From NCBI RefSeq assembly GCF_964213995.1, contig NC_135802.1, positions 70,990,001 to 71,054,000 on the forward strand: a DNA stretch of 64,000 bases, given 5' to 3'. The notes beneath the pieces were generated by a model. That model had not been told where the DNA came from. It did not search any database and saw only the letters and a program-made list of their open reading frames with translations. Shown one piece after another: positions 47,383 through 58,182 of this stretch (its first letter is position 1; each line of letters starts with the position of its first letter). The stretch comes from Mustelus asterias. Its lineage: Eukaryota. The position numbers were made by a program, and so were the translations under genes.

Positions 47383-47465
47383 CAGTAAGAAGTCTCACAA
47401 CACCAGGTTAAAGTCCAACAGGTTTATTTGGTAGCAAAAGCCACAAGCTTTCGGAGCGCTGCTCC
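47383..47465 (-). mobile_element. PLE family A tail-less single arm, truncated at hammerhead stem II
   Basis: CAGTAAGAAGTCTCACAACACC...AAGCTTTCGGAGCGCTGCTCC. Confidence 0.85.
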
Positions 47466-49063
47466 CACCATCATTGTTCGGCTCTGAATATAATTTGTCT
47501 CAAACTAAATTACTTTACCTGCTGAGTTGTTGTGGCTATTACATCTACTATCAATTGTTTAAAGATGTTTATAAGACCTGTTAACAAGTTGTGGCCATTC
47601 GTTTCAACTGTTCGAATTTCTAATCAGACTGTAGAACCATTCTACTTCCACACGTTAATGAACTCACATATTTCAATAAGCATCATTAATTAAGCAATGT
47701 TAAAAGAACATCCTAGCACAGCTTTGTACTATGATTATCTATTCATGCATTTGTCCAACCATGGCCCTTTGTTCAAGCTAACTAACATTACCTAAATAAT
47801 AATCATACTCCCCTATGGAAATAAATGCTTCACATATTTCTTTTATAACAAAACTTTCAGCATCAGCCTATTCCTTTGCCCATTTCAAACTGATTTTACA
47901 TATGCACATAGCTAATCTCTAACACTTAGACAGCTAGGGAGTGCAATTGTCTGATAGCACTCATTCCCCTATGTCAGGCAAGGTATTCTGTATTAGCTAA
48001 AGATGTTGCAGTACGCAACACCATCAAGTCATTGCTTCCCTAGTGATACGCTACTCTGACAAGTTCAGGAAAGTTTACATTATCATTTTAATTTATTCTC
48101 AGGTTGTGGTTAATTCTGGCTTGACCAAGTTACTAGTCACCACTGGCTGCTCTGGGAAGGTAGCGATAGGTCTTCTTGAAACAATTGTTTGAAGGAATGG
48201 CTAATAAGAGTTTTTATGACAAGCTGCCATTACTGCTCTGGGTTCTGGTCTACAATTTTCATCTGCTATTAGATTACTCATTAGTGGATTTAGTTTCACA
48301 ATTTGTCATGGGAGTTACTTGAGGCACATCATGACAGTCTCACTAGAAAGGGATATCAAAATTGAAAAGTATTAATGAGTTTGCAAAAATGGCCACTCCA
48401 TCCTTCCAACAAATCCCTATTACACACAGTGTATAAAGGTTTCTGAATATTAGTCAGTGCAACAACAAAAACAGAACACAAGTACTTGCATGGTTCTTTA
48501 AATGGGAACGTCTTTTTACGAATGCTTGTAGTTCATCATTACAAACAGGAATGAAGCATTGCAAATTGTGTGAAATCAAGCCATCATCAGGAGGCCATAA
48601 CTTTTATGTAAATATGGAGTTTAATTACCATTGGGATTCTCCCACTAATTTACCAGAACTTTTATGGAAGACCTGTCAACAGCATGGAAAAATGATGCAA
48701 ATTGAGGAGGAGGATAATGAACTGAAATTCACTTTCTATATGTCCATTGCAGAGATCAACTTCTACTGCCTGACAGGTAGAATTAAACAATGCTGGAACT
48801 TAACACTTGTGTCGATATTGAACTTTTAACATAGTAAGGAATGATTCCAGGGAGTTTAAAAATATAATTGACTCCAAGTCACACAAATAGATCTGAAAGT
48901 AGATGACGAAAAGCTTGTACAAAGAGGTGGGTTAGGTTTTAAGAAGTGTTTTAAAATGGAAATAAAGAGGCTTCTGAAGAGAATTCCAGCCAAATGGCAA
49001 CTGATAGTGCGATGATTAAAATTGGGTATGCGCGAGAGATCAGAATGAGATGATAGATCCATA

Positions 49064-49199
49064 AGGCGCAATCTTATCTGCTGTTCACGCCACACTCCCG
49101 CTGCAGCAAAGTCAGAGAATTTGGCAGTCAGCCAAACCTCTATTCACTGCAACGGGATGGGAAAATCCCACTAGCACGAACAGTAGTAAAATTCCGGCC
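49064..49199. mobile_element. Short Harbinger-like MITE
   Basis: AGGCGCAATCTT / AAAATTCCGGCC termini; ATA on both sides. Confidence 0.55.
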
Positions 49200-49645
49200 A
49201 TAGAAGGGTTACAGCAGAGAAGGAGCTATTCAGTCCATCATGTCCATGTCAACTCTCTGCAAGAGTAACTCTGCGAGTCCCACTTCCCCACCTTTTCCTT
49301 TTTTTTGTTCAGGTGTTTATCAAATTACTTTTTGAAAAGCACAGTTGAATCTGCCCCCATCACACTATCTAAGAGTCCAAGCACCCACTGCTTAAAAATG
49401 TTTTTCCTCATGTTGCAGTGACTTTTGTGCCAATCACCTTAATTTGGTCTACTCTGGTTCTCCCTTTCTGCAGCAGGAACAGCTTCTTCTTATCTACAGT
49501 GTTTAGATCCCTCATGATTTTGAATGCATCTATCAAACCTCCACTCAATCTTCTCTTCTCTAAGGATAATCAATTCAGAGTCTCCTACTTACCCTCAGAA
49601 CTGACAACTCTTATCGTTGGAATCATTCTTGTAAACCATTCCACC

Positions 49646-50192
49646 AACGCCTCTTCTTTCTCAGAAGACTAAGGAAATTAGGCATGTCAGCTTTTACAGA
49701 TGTACCATAGAAAGCATTCATTCTGGTTGTATCACAGCTTGGCATGGCTGCTGTTCTGCCCAAGACTGCAAGAAATTACAAAGGGAAGTGAATGTAGCCC
49801 AATCCATCACGCAAACCAGCCTCCGATCCATTGACTCGGTCTATACTTCCCGCTGCCTTGGAAAAGCAGCCAGCATAATTAAGGACCCCACGTACACCAG
49901 ACATTCGCTCTTCCATCTTCTTCTGTCGGGAAAAAGATACAAAAGTCTGAGGTCACGAACCAACCGACTCAAGAACAGCTTCTTCCCTGCTGCCATCAGA
50001 CTTTTGAATGGATCTACCTTGCATTAAGTTGGTCTTTCTCTACACCCTAGCTATGACTGTAACACTACATTCTGCACTCTCTCGTTTCCTTCTCTATGAA
50101 CGGTATGCTCTGTCTGTATAGCGTGCAAGAAACAATACTTTTCACTGTATGCAAATACATGTGACAATAATACATCAAATCAAATAAAATAA
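49646..50192 (+). mobile_element. Rex1/Babar LINE 3' fragment
   Basis: FLRRLRKLGMS..FYRCTIESI..SRCLGKAASIIKDP..SGKRYKSLR..RLKNSFFPAAIRLLN; ATGTGACAATAA-TCAAATCAAA end. Confidence 0.85.
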
Positions 50193-50384
50193 AAATCATT
50201 CCTGCAGCCTCTATAAAGTCTTCACATCCTTCCTAAAGTGCAATGTCCAGAAATGGACACAATACTCAGGTCGAGAGTGAATCAGTGTTTTTTGAAAAAT
50301 TCACCATATCTTCCTTGCTTTCGTATAAAGTCCAAGATTCCATGTCTTTTAACCACTTTCTGAATCTGCTTTCAATGCTTGTAG

Positions 50385-51794
50385 TGTTATGACAACTACA
50401 ATTTAGAAGACAATTATATCTTTAACACTCTTTTAATTTAAGGTTAAACAGATGCCCAGGGTTGGTGTGAAGTTTTATTGAACTTTTCCTGCTTGTAACT
50501 TGGTCCATGTGATTTGGTTACCATGGGAACAGGGGACCTTGTAAGTTCAGCAATTAATTGGGAAGTCAAATGAAATGTTGGCCTTTATTTTAAGGGGAAT
50601 GCAATATAAAAATATTCCTTGCTAAAATACAAGGCACTAGTTAGACCACAGCTGAAATGCTGTGAACAGTTTTGGTCCCCTTATTTAAGGAAAGATATAT
50701 TGGCATTGGAGATAGTTTAGAGAAGGTTCACTACGTTGTCCCTGGATATGGAGGGATTTACTTATGAGGAGGGGTTGAATAGGTTGGACCTGTACTCTTG
50801 GAGTTTAAAGAATGAGAGGCCGTCTTAGTGGGACATATAGGGTTCTCAGGGGGCTTGACAGGGTGGATGCTGAGAGGTTGTTTCCTCTTGTGGGAGACTT
50901 TAGGAACAGAGGGCATAATCTCAGAGTAAGGGGTCACCCATTTAAAACAGAGGTGAGGACGAATTTCTTCTCTCAGAGGGTAGTGAATCTGTAGAATTCT
51001 TTACCATAGAGGGCTGTGGAGGCTTGGTCATTAAATATGTTCAAGGGTTATGGGGATAAGGCGAGAAAGTGGAATTGAGGATTATCATATCAGATCAGCA
51101 CTGATCTCATTGAATGGTAGAGCAGAATTGATGGGCCGAATGGCCTACTTCTGCTCCTACACCTTATAGTCTTATGGTAAGCCCTATTAAAAGTCAGCTG
51201 CAAGGTTTAAAACATGAACACCGAGGAGGAAACAATTGTTCTTGCTGCTTGCAGACTTAGAGACTCTCAGAGGCAGTCAGACCAAAAGCAGGTGTCAGAC
51301 AGAAGAAAAGAACCACTTTTCAGTTAATCAACAAGTGAACAAAAAAATCTTGTTCGAAGGCATTAAGCTGGTTGTGAAGAGTTAAAGACTAAAGAGTCAC
51401 TAGTTGGTGCCTCACTGTTAGAAGTTCATTTAATTATGCTCAGATTGAGTGAACGTAACTTTAGTTAGAAGGACACTGGAAGATTCACCCTGGCTGGGCA
51501 GGAGGAAGAGAGCCCGTTGAATCATTGGGAGGCATTTGGAACTTTAAATAGAGGGTTATATATCTGCTGAAAATGTGCTATGGTATATAATCATGACATG
51601 AGTTTTTAATTGCAAGAATTCAGTGGGAAACTTTCTAAAGTTTAATGGATTAATTATTCATTAAATACTGATAGTCAATGTTGATTTCAGTTTGTTTCTT
51701 ACAGTAAAAGTCTTAAAACTTGAAATCTTGTTGTGTGATTTCTTTGCATTGGTTTCTTGGAAACTCAGACCACTTTTCAAAAGTCATTGTAACA
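50385..51794 (+). mobile_element. Probable long solo LTR with a nested CR1
   Basis: TGTTATGAC...GTCATTGTAACA termini; flanks TGTAG/TGTAC; interrupts a CR1 cleanly. Confidence 0.55.
50550..51178 (+). mobile_element. CR1 3' fragment
   Basis: GHNLRVRGHPFKTEVRTNFFSQRVVNL; CR1 3' UTR. Confidence 0.88.
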
Positions 51795-52427
51795 TGTACA
51801 TGTACCTCCATGACTCTCTGTTCTTTCCTCCACTTTAGAAATTTACCCTTTAGAATATATCATCTCATTCTTCCTACCAAATTGTGTCATTTCATACTTG
51901 TGCATTAAATTCCATCTGCCACATGTCTGTTAATTCCACCAACCTGTCCATATCCTCTTGATGTCTATCAGTATCCTCCCAACAGTTCACAATGCTTCCA
52001 AGTTATGTGTTATCTGAAAATTTTGAAATTATATCCTGTACACACAACTATAGGTCATTAGTATATATCAAGAAAAGCAGTGGTCCTCATGCTTACCCCT
52101 CTCACACACTGCTGTATACTTTCCTCCAGTCTGAAAAATAACTATTCACAACTACTCTGTTTCTTGTCATTCAGCCAACTTTGTATCCATGCTGATTCCA
52201 TCCCTTTTATACCATGAATTACTCACAGGCCCATTATGCAAAATTTTATCAAGCACCTTTCAAAATCCATGTACACCGCATCAACTACATTGTCAACATC
52301 AACCCCCTTCTGCATCATCAATAAACACGATCAACTTAGTGAAACACAATTTTCCTTGAATAAATTCATGCTGGCTTTCCTTAATTAATCCCTACTTGTC
52401 CAAAGGACTGTTAACTTTGTTCCAAAT

Positions 52428-52790
52428 GACTCTGTCTACACTTCCCGCTGCTTCAGAAAAGCAGCCAGCATAATCAAGTATCCCACGCACCCCGAACATA
52501 ATCTCTTCCACTTTCTTCTATCGGGAAATGGATACAAAAGTCCAAGAATACGTAACAGTAGACTCAAGAACAGCTTCTTCCCTGCTGCCATCAGACTTTT
52601 GAATGGTCCTATCATATATTTAACTGATCTTTCTCGACACCCTATCTGTAACTGTAACATTATATTCTGCACCCTCTCCTTTCCTTCTCCACTATGTACT
52701 TTATGAACGGTATGTTTTGTCTGTATAGTGCACAAGAAACAGCACTTTTCACTGTATCCCAATATATGTGACAATAATAAATCAAATCAA
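52428..52790 (+). mobile_element. Rex1/Babar LINE 3' fragment
   Basis: Homologous to about 49832-50190. Confidence 0.85.
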
Positions 52791-52884
52791 AAAATTGTCA
52801 CTTCTAAAAGCTTTCTAGGGAGAATTGGAAGATTATATCAGTGCTTCTCCAATATCCATCCTTGCTTCCCTTGCATCCCATCCG

Positions 52885-54037
52885 CTGCAGAAGATAAAGG
52901 TGCACGGTGTTACGGGTAATGTTTAGCATGGATAGAGGATTGGTTAACTTAGAGAAAGCAAAGAGTGGGGAAAAATGGGTGTTTTTCTGGTTAGCGATCA
53001 GTGACTAGTGGTGTGCCTCAGGGATCAGTGTTGGGACCACAGTTGTTTACAATTTACTTAGATGATTTGGAGTTGGGGACAAAGTGTAGTGTGTCAAAGT
53101 TCGCAGATGACACTAAGATGAGTGGTAGAGCAAAGTGTGCAGATAATACTGAAAATCTGCAGAGGGCTATAGATAGATTAACTGAGTGGGCAAGGGTCTG
53201 GCAAATGGAGTACAATGTTGGTAAATGTGACGTCATCCATTTTGGTAGGAATAACAGCAAAATGGACTATTATTTAAACAGTTAAAAAATTGTAGCATGC
53301 TTCTGTGCAGAGGGACCTGGGTGTCCTTGTGCGTGAATCATAAAAAGTTGGTTTGCAAGTGCAACAGGTAATTAAGAAGGCAAATGGAATTTTGTCCTTC
53401 ATTGCTAGAGAGATGGAGTTTAAAAAACAGAGAGGTTATGTTGCAGCTGTATAAGGTGCTAGTGAGGCCACATATGGAGTACTATGTACAGTTTTGGTCT
53501 CCTTATTTGAGAAAGGATATACTGGCACTGGAGGGGGTGCAGAGGAGATTCACTGGGTTGATTCTGGAGTTGAGGCGGTTGACTTATGAGGAGAGACTTA
53601 GTAGACTGGGGCTATACTCATTGGAATTCAGGAGAATGAGGGGAGATCTTATAGAAACATATAAGATTATGAAGGGAATAGATAAGATAGAAGCAGGGAC
53701 GTTATTTCCACTGGCAGGTGAAACTAGAACTCGGGGGCATGGCCTCAAAATAAGGGGGAGCAGATTTAGGACTGAGTTGACGAGGAACTTCTTCACCCAA
53801 AGGGTTGTGAATCTGTGGAATTCTCTGCCCAGTGCAGCAGTTGAGGCAACCTTGTTGAATGTTTTTAAGTCAAAGATAGATAGATTTTTGAACAGTAAAG
53901 GAATCAAGGATTATGGTGAGCGGGCGGGTAAGTGGAGCTGAGTCCACAAGAATATCCGCCATGATTTTATTGAATGGCGGAGTAGGCTCGAAGGGCCAGA
54001 TGGCCTACCCCTGCTTGTAGTTCTCATGTTCTTATGA
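52885..54037 (+). mobile_element. CR1 3' portion, with stops and frameshifts
   Basis: GVPQGSVLGPQLF, KFADDTK; TTCTTATG tail. Confidence 0.93.
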
Positions 54038-54077
54038 TACTGCTGACTAATCACCTTTAAATACAGCTAGTTTTTCT

Positions 54078-54149
54078 AATAGAACATAGAACAGTACAGC
54101 ACAGAACAGGCCCTTCGGCCCACGATGTTGTGCCGAGCTTTATCTGAAA
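54078..54149 (-). mobile_element. CR1 3' UTR only (same subfamily as 8084 and 42381)
   Basis: Reverse complement of about 8462-8528. Confidence 0.85.
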
Positions 54150-54282
54150 TACCCCCTCTTTATCAATTGTTTGCCCATCCAGTATCTCAGCTACTTCCTG
54201 TTTCATTATGATTTTGACAGCATCTTCTTCCTTGATAAAGCCGAATACAAAGTATTCATTCAGTCCCTCATTGATGCCCAAT

Positions 54283-54508
54283 GGCATCAGTTTAGCTCAG
54301 TTGGCTGGAAAGCTGGTTAGTGATGCAGAATGATGCCAACAGTATGGGTTCAATTCCCGTACAGGCTGAGGGGGTTATTCATGAAGCCTTCTCAACCTTG
54401 CTCTTTGCCTGAGGCTTGGTGATCCTCAGGTTAAATCACCACCAGTCAGCTCTCACCCTCAAAGCGGAGAGCATTCTATGACCATCTGGAACTATGGTGA
54501 TTTTACCA
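54283..54508 (+). mobile_element. tRNA-derived SINE, different family
   Basis: A-box TAGCTCAGTTGG, B-box GGTTCAATTCC; body unlike the V-SINEs. Confidence 0.7.
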
Positions 54509-55328
54509 ATGCCCTCTGCCTTCTTGTGTATGTCGTCTTTTTGGTCCCGAAACAGCTTCACCTCTCCCCATATTATGCTTTTACTGCATGTTTTTATTAT
54601 ATAAGAAGAAATAACTTCTCTTTTCATACTCCCTCTTTGCCTCTCCAATTTCCGTTTTCATTTCCCCTCTGAACTTTCTATATTCAGCCTATTTCTCATC
54701 TGTATTACCAATCAGGAATCTGTCATAAACTCCCTTCATATTACTCCTTATCCCTTTTCTACTTGGAACTCTGGCTTTGCTGAACCACACATCTGTTGTA
54801 ACAACAGAAGAAAATAATTTTTCTGCAGGCAAGCTGGAATTCATATAATGGATCGGTCATGGCCAAAGGGAGCTGAGTGCACACATTCACATATTGTCAT
54901 CTAAGGCAAGGCGTACTCGTAACTTAAAGTACAGACATTATTCAAGGTGGACATTGATCAGAGAAACTGTTAAAATATTGGGTTTAAAAGGTCACTGCGT
55001 CCACAAAAATGGCTGCTGAACATCAGTGACACTGCTGTTAGGATTCGAGAACCCGATCAGGGAACTGATTCACTGTCTCACAAAGAGCAGCGTATTCTAG
55101 AACAATTGAAGCAGAATCCGTGTCAGTTTGAATTCAGTTAGTTATTCAAATAAAACTGTTAAATTGCAGTTCTGACCGTTGTCACCAAAGTGATCTGGAC
55201 ACGGTAAGAAAGTATCGCACAACTTGCCGACTATGCCAAACAAACTGTTAAACTGATGTTCCCTGTAGTCACCGAAGCCAATCAGACACAGCAAGAAGGA
55301 GGCGTAAAGTCTGCAGTGAAACTGAAGT

Positions 55329-55834
55329 CATGATGTGGAGATGCCGGCGTTGGACTGGGGTAAGCACAGTAAGAAGTTTAACAACACCAGGTTAAAGTCC
55401 AACAGGTTTATTTGGTAGCAAAAGCCACAAGCTTTCGGAGCCTTAAGTCCCTTCTTCAGGTGAGTGGGAATTCTGTTCACAAACAGGGCATATAAAGACA
55501 CAAACTCAATTTACAGAATAATGGTTGGAATGCGAATACTTACAGCTAATCAAGTCTTTAAGATACAAACAATGTGAGTGGAGAGAGCATTAAGACAGGT
55601 TAAAAAGATGTGTATTGTCTCCAGACAGGACAGCCACTGGCTGTCTTAATGCTCTCTCCACTCACATTGTTTGTATCTTAAAGACTTGATTAGCTGTTGT
55701 GTCTTTATATGCCCTGTTTGTGAACAGAATTCCCACTCACCTGAAGAAGGGGCTTGGAGCTCCGAAAGCTTGTGTGGCTTTTGCTCCCAAATAAACCTGT
55801 TGGACTTTAACCTGGTGTTGTTAAACTTCTTATT
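55329..55834. mobile_element. PLE family A (second subfamily) fold-back insertion
   Basis: Tail plus left arm 55329-55636, turn GACAGCCA-C-TGGCTGTC, right arm with two deletions; TSD GTGAAACTGAAG at 55316-55327 and 55835-55846. Confidence 0.92.
55738..55774 (+). ncRNA. Minimal hammerhead ribozyme motif (covariant stem I)
   Basis: CAC-CUGAAGA-A-GGGGC-UUGGA-GCUCC-GAAA-GCU-U-GUG. Confidence 0.8.
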
Positions 55835-57155
55835 GTGAAACTGAAGAGCAGACAACTTTCTCCCTGAACATCAGCCCACACAAGGACTGAATTCATCGAT
55901 TAGCGAAACGACCAAAATCCAACCTCCCCCCTTCAGAAGAATTCCAACTAAAACTGGCTGTTGAAATTCCTTAACTGCTATCTGACTGAAGAAAGCCTCT
56001 GATGAGACTTGCAGCCTTTCAGTTTACGTCAGACAATTGATTATTGAACATTTCCATTTCTCTTCCAAGTTGCAACAGTTTAACTGTTCCCGTAACTTTT
56101 CCCGAGTGTATTAGTGTGAGTGAACGCGTGAGAGAATGACATGGTATTCATTTTTGGGTTATTTAGTAACTTTAAAAAATGATCATCTTGTTTACAATGA
56201 ATTCCTGAAAGTCTGCTGCTACACTATTACCTGACCACAAGCTCAGTAATAGAACAAACACAAGGACAATTCCTATTCTTTGAGTTCACTGATCACAGGC
56301 AGTTTGAAAAGAGGACAAGCGTTGTCAGCTGTTCCCTTTCAACCTGAGCGTGACAATATGTAAATTTTTGTTCAGACATGCACTCAGGGGTTAATTGCGA
56401 CTCTTGCATACTGTACTCTACTCCACAAAGTTGGAATTAACTCCGTTATGACACTGCAATCTACTCCTGACAATTTGTACTAACTATTGAATTATCTAGT
56501 GACTTGAAAGAAACAATATAAACAACAAATAAAACTAGTATTTAGTGCTAAAACATGAATGGGTTACCTGGTGTGAACTGTAAGATTATTAGGTTACTAA
56601 CTAGAAAATTAATTGTTTAAAATCAAACTTTATTGTAAGAAATTAACAGCTAACCTGGTAGTTTATTAACAGAACTTTATTAGTTACTCATCTTTGTAGA
56701 ATAGTAACATGGGAAAGCTTAGAAATAGGGCACAGTACAGAGAAGAGGCCACAGTAGAGGAATTTTGGGAATTTATGTCAAGTTTTGCTGCTTACTACAG
56801 CAAAAAGCTGGGACTTTGAACTGTGTGAGAAACTGCTAGAATGTAAATCTCTATCTCTCTCTCTATGAGATAAGAAACCAGGAGACATAAAAACATTTAG
56901 ATACAGTATTGCATACAAATGACATTACTTACATAAATAAGGTTAGCAACAGGCACATAATATATTCCTAATTGGTGAAGGAAAGTGTCCTCGCACATGG
57001 GGCTGGAAGGTGATTGGAGTAAGGGAGGCGTTAATTGGATAATAGCTAGGATAAAAGATGCCCTCACTATGTTTATGTGTGGCAGAGAGAAAGACCATCC
57101 AGAAACAAATCACAATATAAGTGAGAGAAAGAGTAGGAGGTTTGAAGATTAAAAC

Positions 57156-58182
57156 AGCTGGAATTCTCCCGGAAGACATCAGCAGGGGAGGCCTTTTGTG
57201 AGGTTCACGACTGGCGTACAGCTGGCCACGAATCTCTCAACTGCTTCTTTTTTAGCGCAATTAGCTCCACACCAGAAATTGGTGTGGAGCTGATTATCAT
57301 ATGGAAGTGTCATTGAAATTGAATATCAGCCATGACTGAATGGTGGAGCAGACTCGATGGGCCGAGTGGCCTAATTCTGCTCCTATGTCATATGGTCTTA
57401 TGGTCTTATATGATTAGCAGGCTGGGATGGTATTCTCCAGGCCCGCTAGCGCCACCGCCCCCCCCTGCCTGGCACTGCCCTTGGGGCAAACTGGCATTGT
57501 CCACTGGGCACCTTGGCGTTGCACACTGGGCACCGGGTAGTGCCGGGGGGGCGGAGGAAGAGGGAGCGGGGCAATCTGGGGACAGGGCCTATTGGAAGCA
57601 ATTGGTTGGGGCGCTGGACCCGCTGCCACTCTGTAAGTGGGATTGGAGGGAGAGGGAGGGAGGGAGGAAATGATTGGACCTGGTCATCAGGGGTGGGGGA
57701 TTCGGGTCTGGTCATCGGGAGTGGGGGGTTCAGGCCTGGTTATCGGTGGGGGGGATAGTTCAGGGCTGGCCTGGAAGGCGGGGGGTTGATCAGGGCTGGC
57801 CTGGGTGGAGATTGGGGTTGGCCTGGACGGGCTTCGGTTGGCCAGCGATCGGGGGATGGGAGTGCTGGGAAGGCCAGTGATCAGGCGGGTTCTGGGGAAG
57901 GCCAGTGATCGGGAGGCCAGCGATGGGAGGGCCGGTGTGCATGCGCCGAACTCCGCACTGACAGATCGGCGCATGTGAGTGGCTATTCAGCACTAAGCTG
58001 CCGGCCTCTCAGGCAGGAATAGGGCCCACTCACCACTTTTCAGAGTGAATCACGCCGAGGCACTCTGTATTGCTCAGAGTGTCGGAGATTCATTCAGGTA
58101 AGTACGGCCAAAAAATGGAAGGGAAATACTCTCACTTTCCTGCCCGTTCAGTATTTAGTTTTGATTTGGGAAAATCCCGGCT
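57156..58182. mobile_element. Probable Harbinger-like non-autonomous element with G-rich interior; a CR1 3' UTR is nested at about 57315-57412
   Basis: AGCTGGAATTCTCCC / GGGAAAATCCCGGCT termini; CpG-rich; degenerate GCCAGYGATCGGG repeats at 57840-57930. Confidence 0.5.

Larger units (their letters stand above)
49200..54285 (-). mobile_element. Old CR1 split into colinear pieces by later insertions
   Basis: Minus-strand CR1 pieces at about 49200-49645, 50195-50384, 51795-52427, 52791-52880, 54038-54077 and 54150-54285. Confidence 0.65.

Noticed and set aside
54283-54365. tRNA gene
   Set aside because: A and B boxes are present but there is no clean cloverleaf, and the sequence continues into a SINE-like body.
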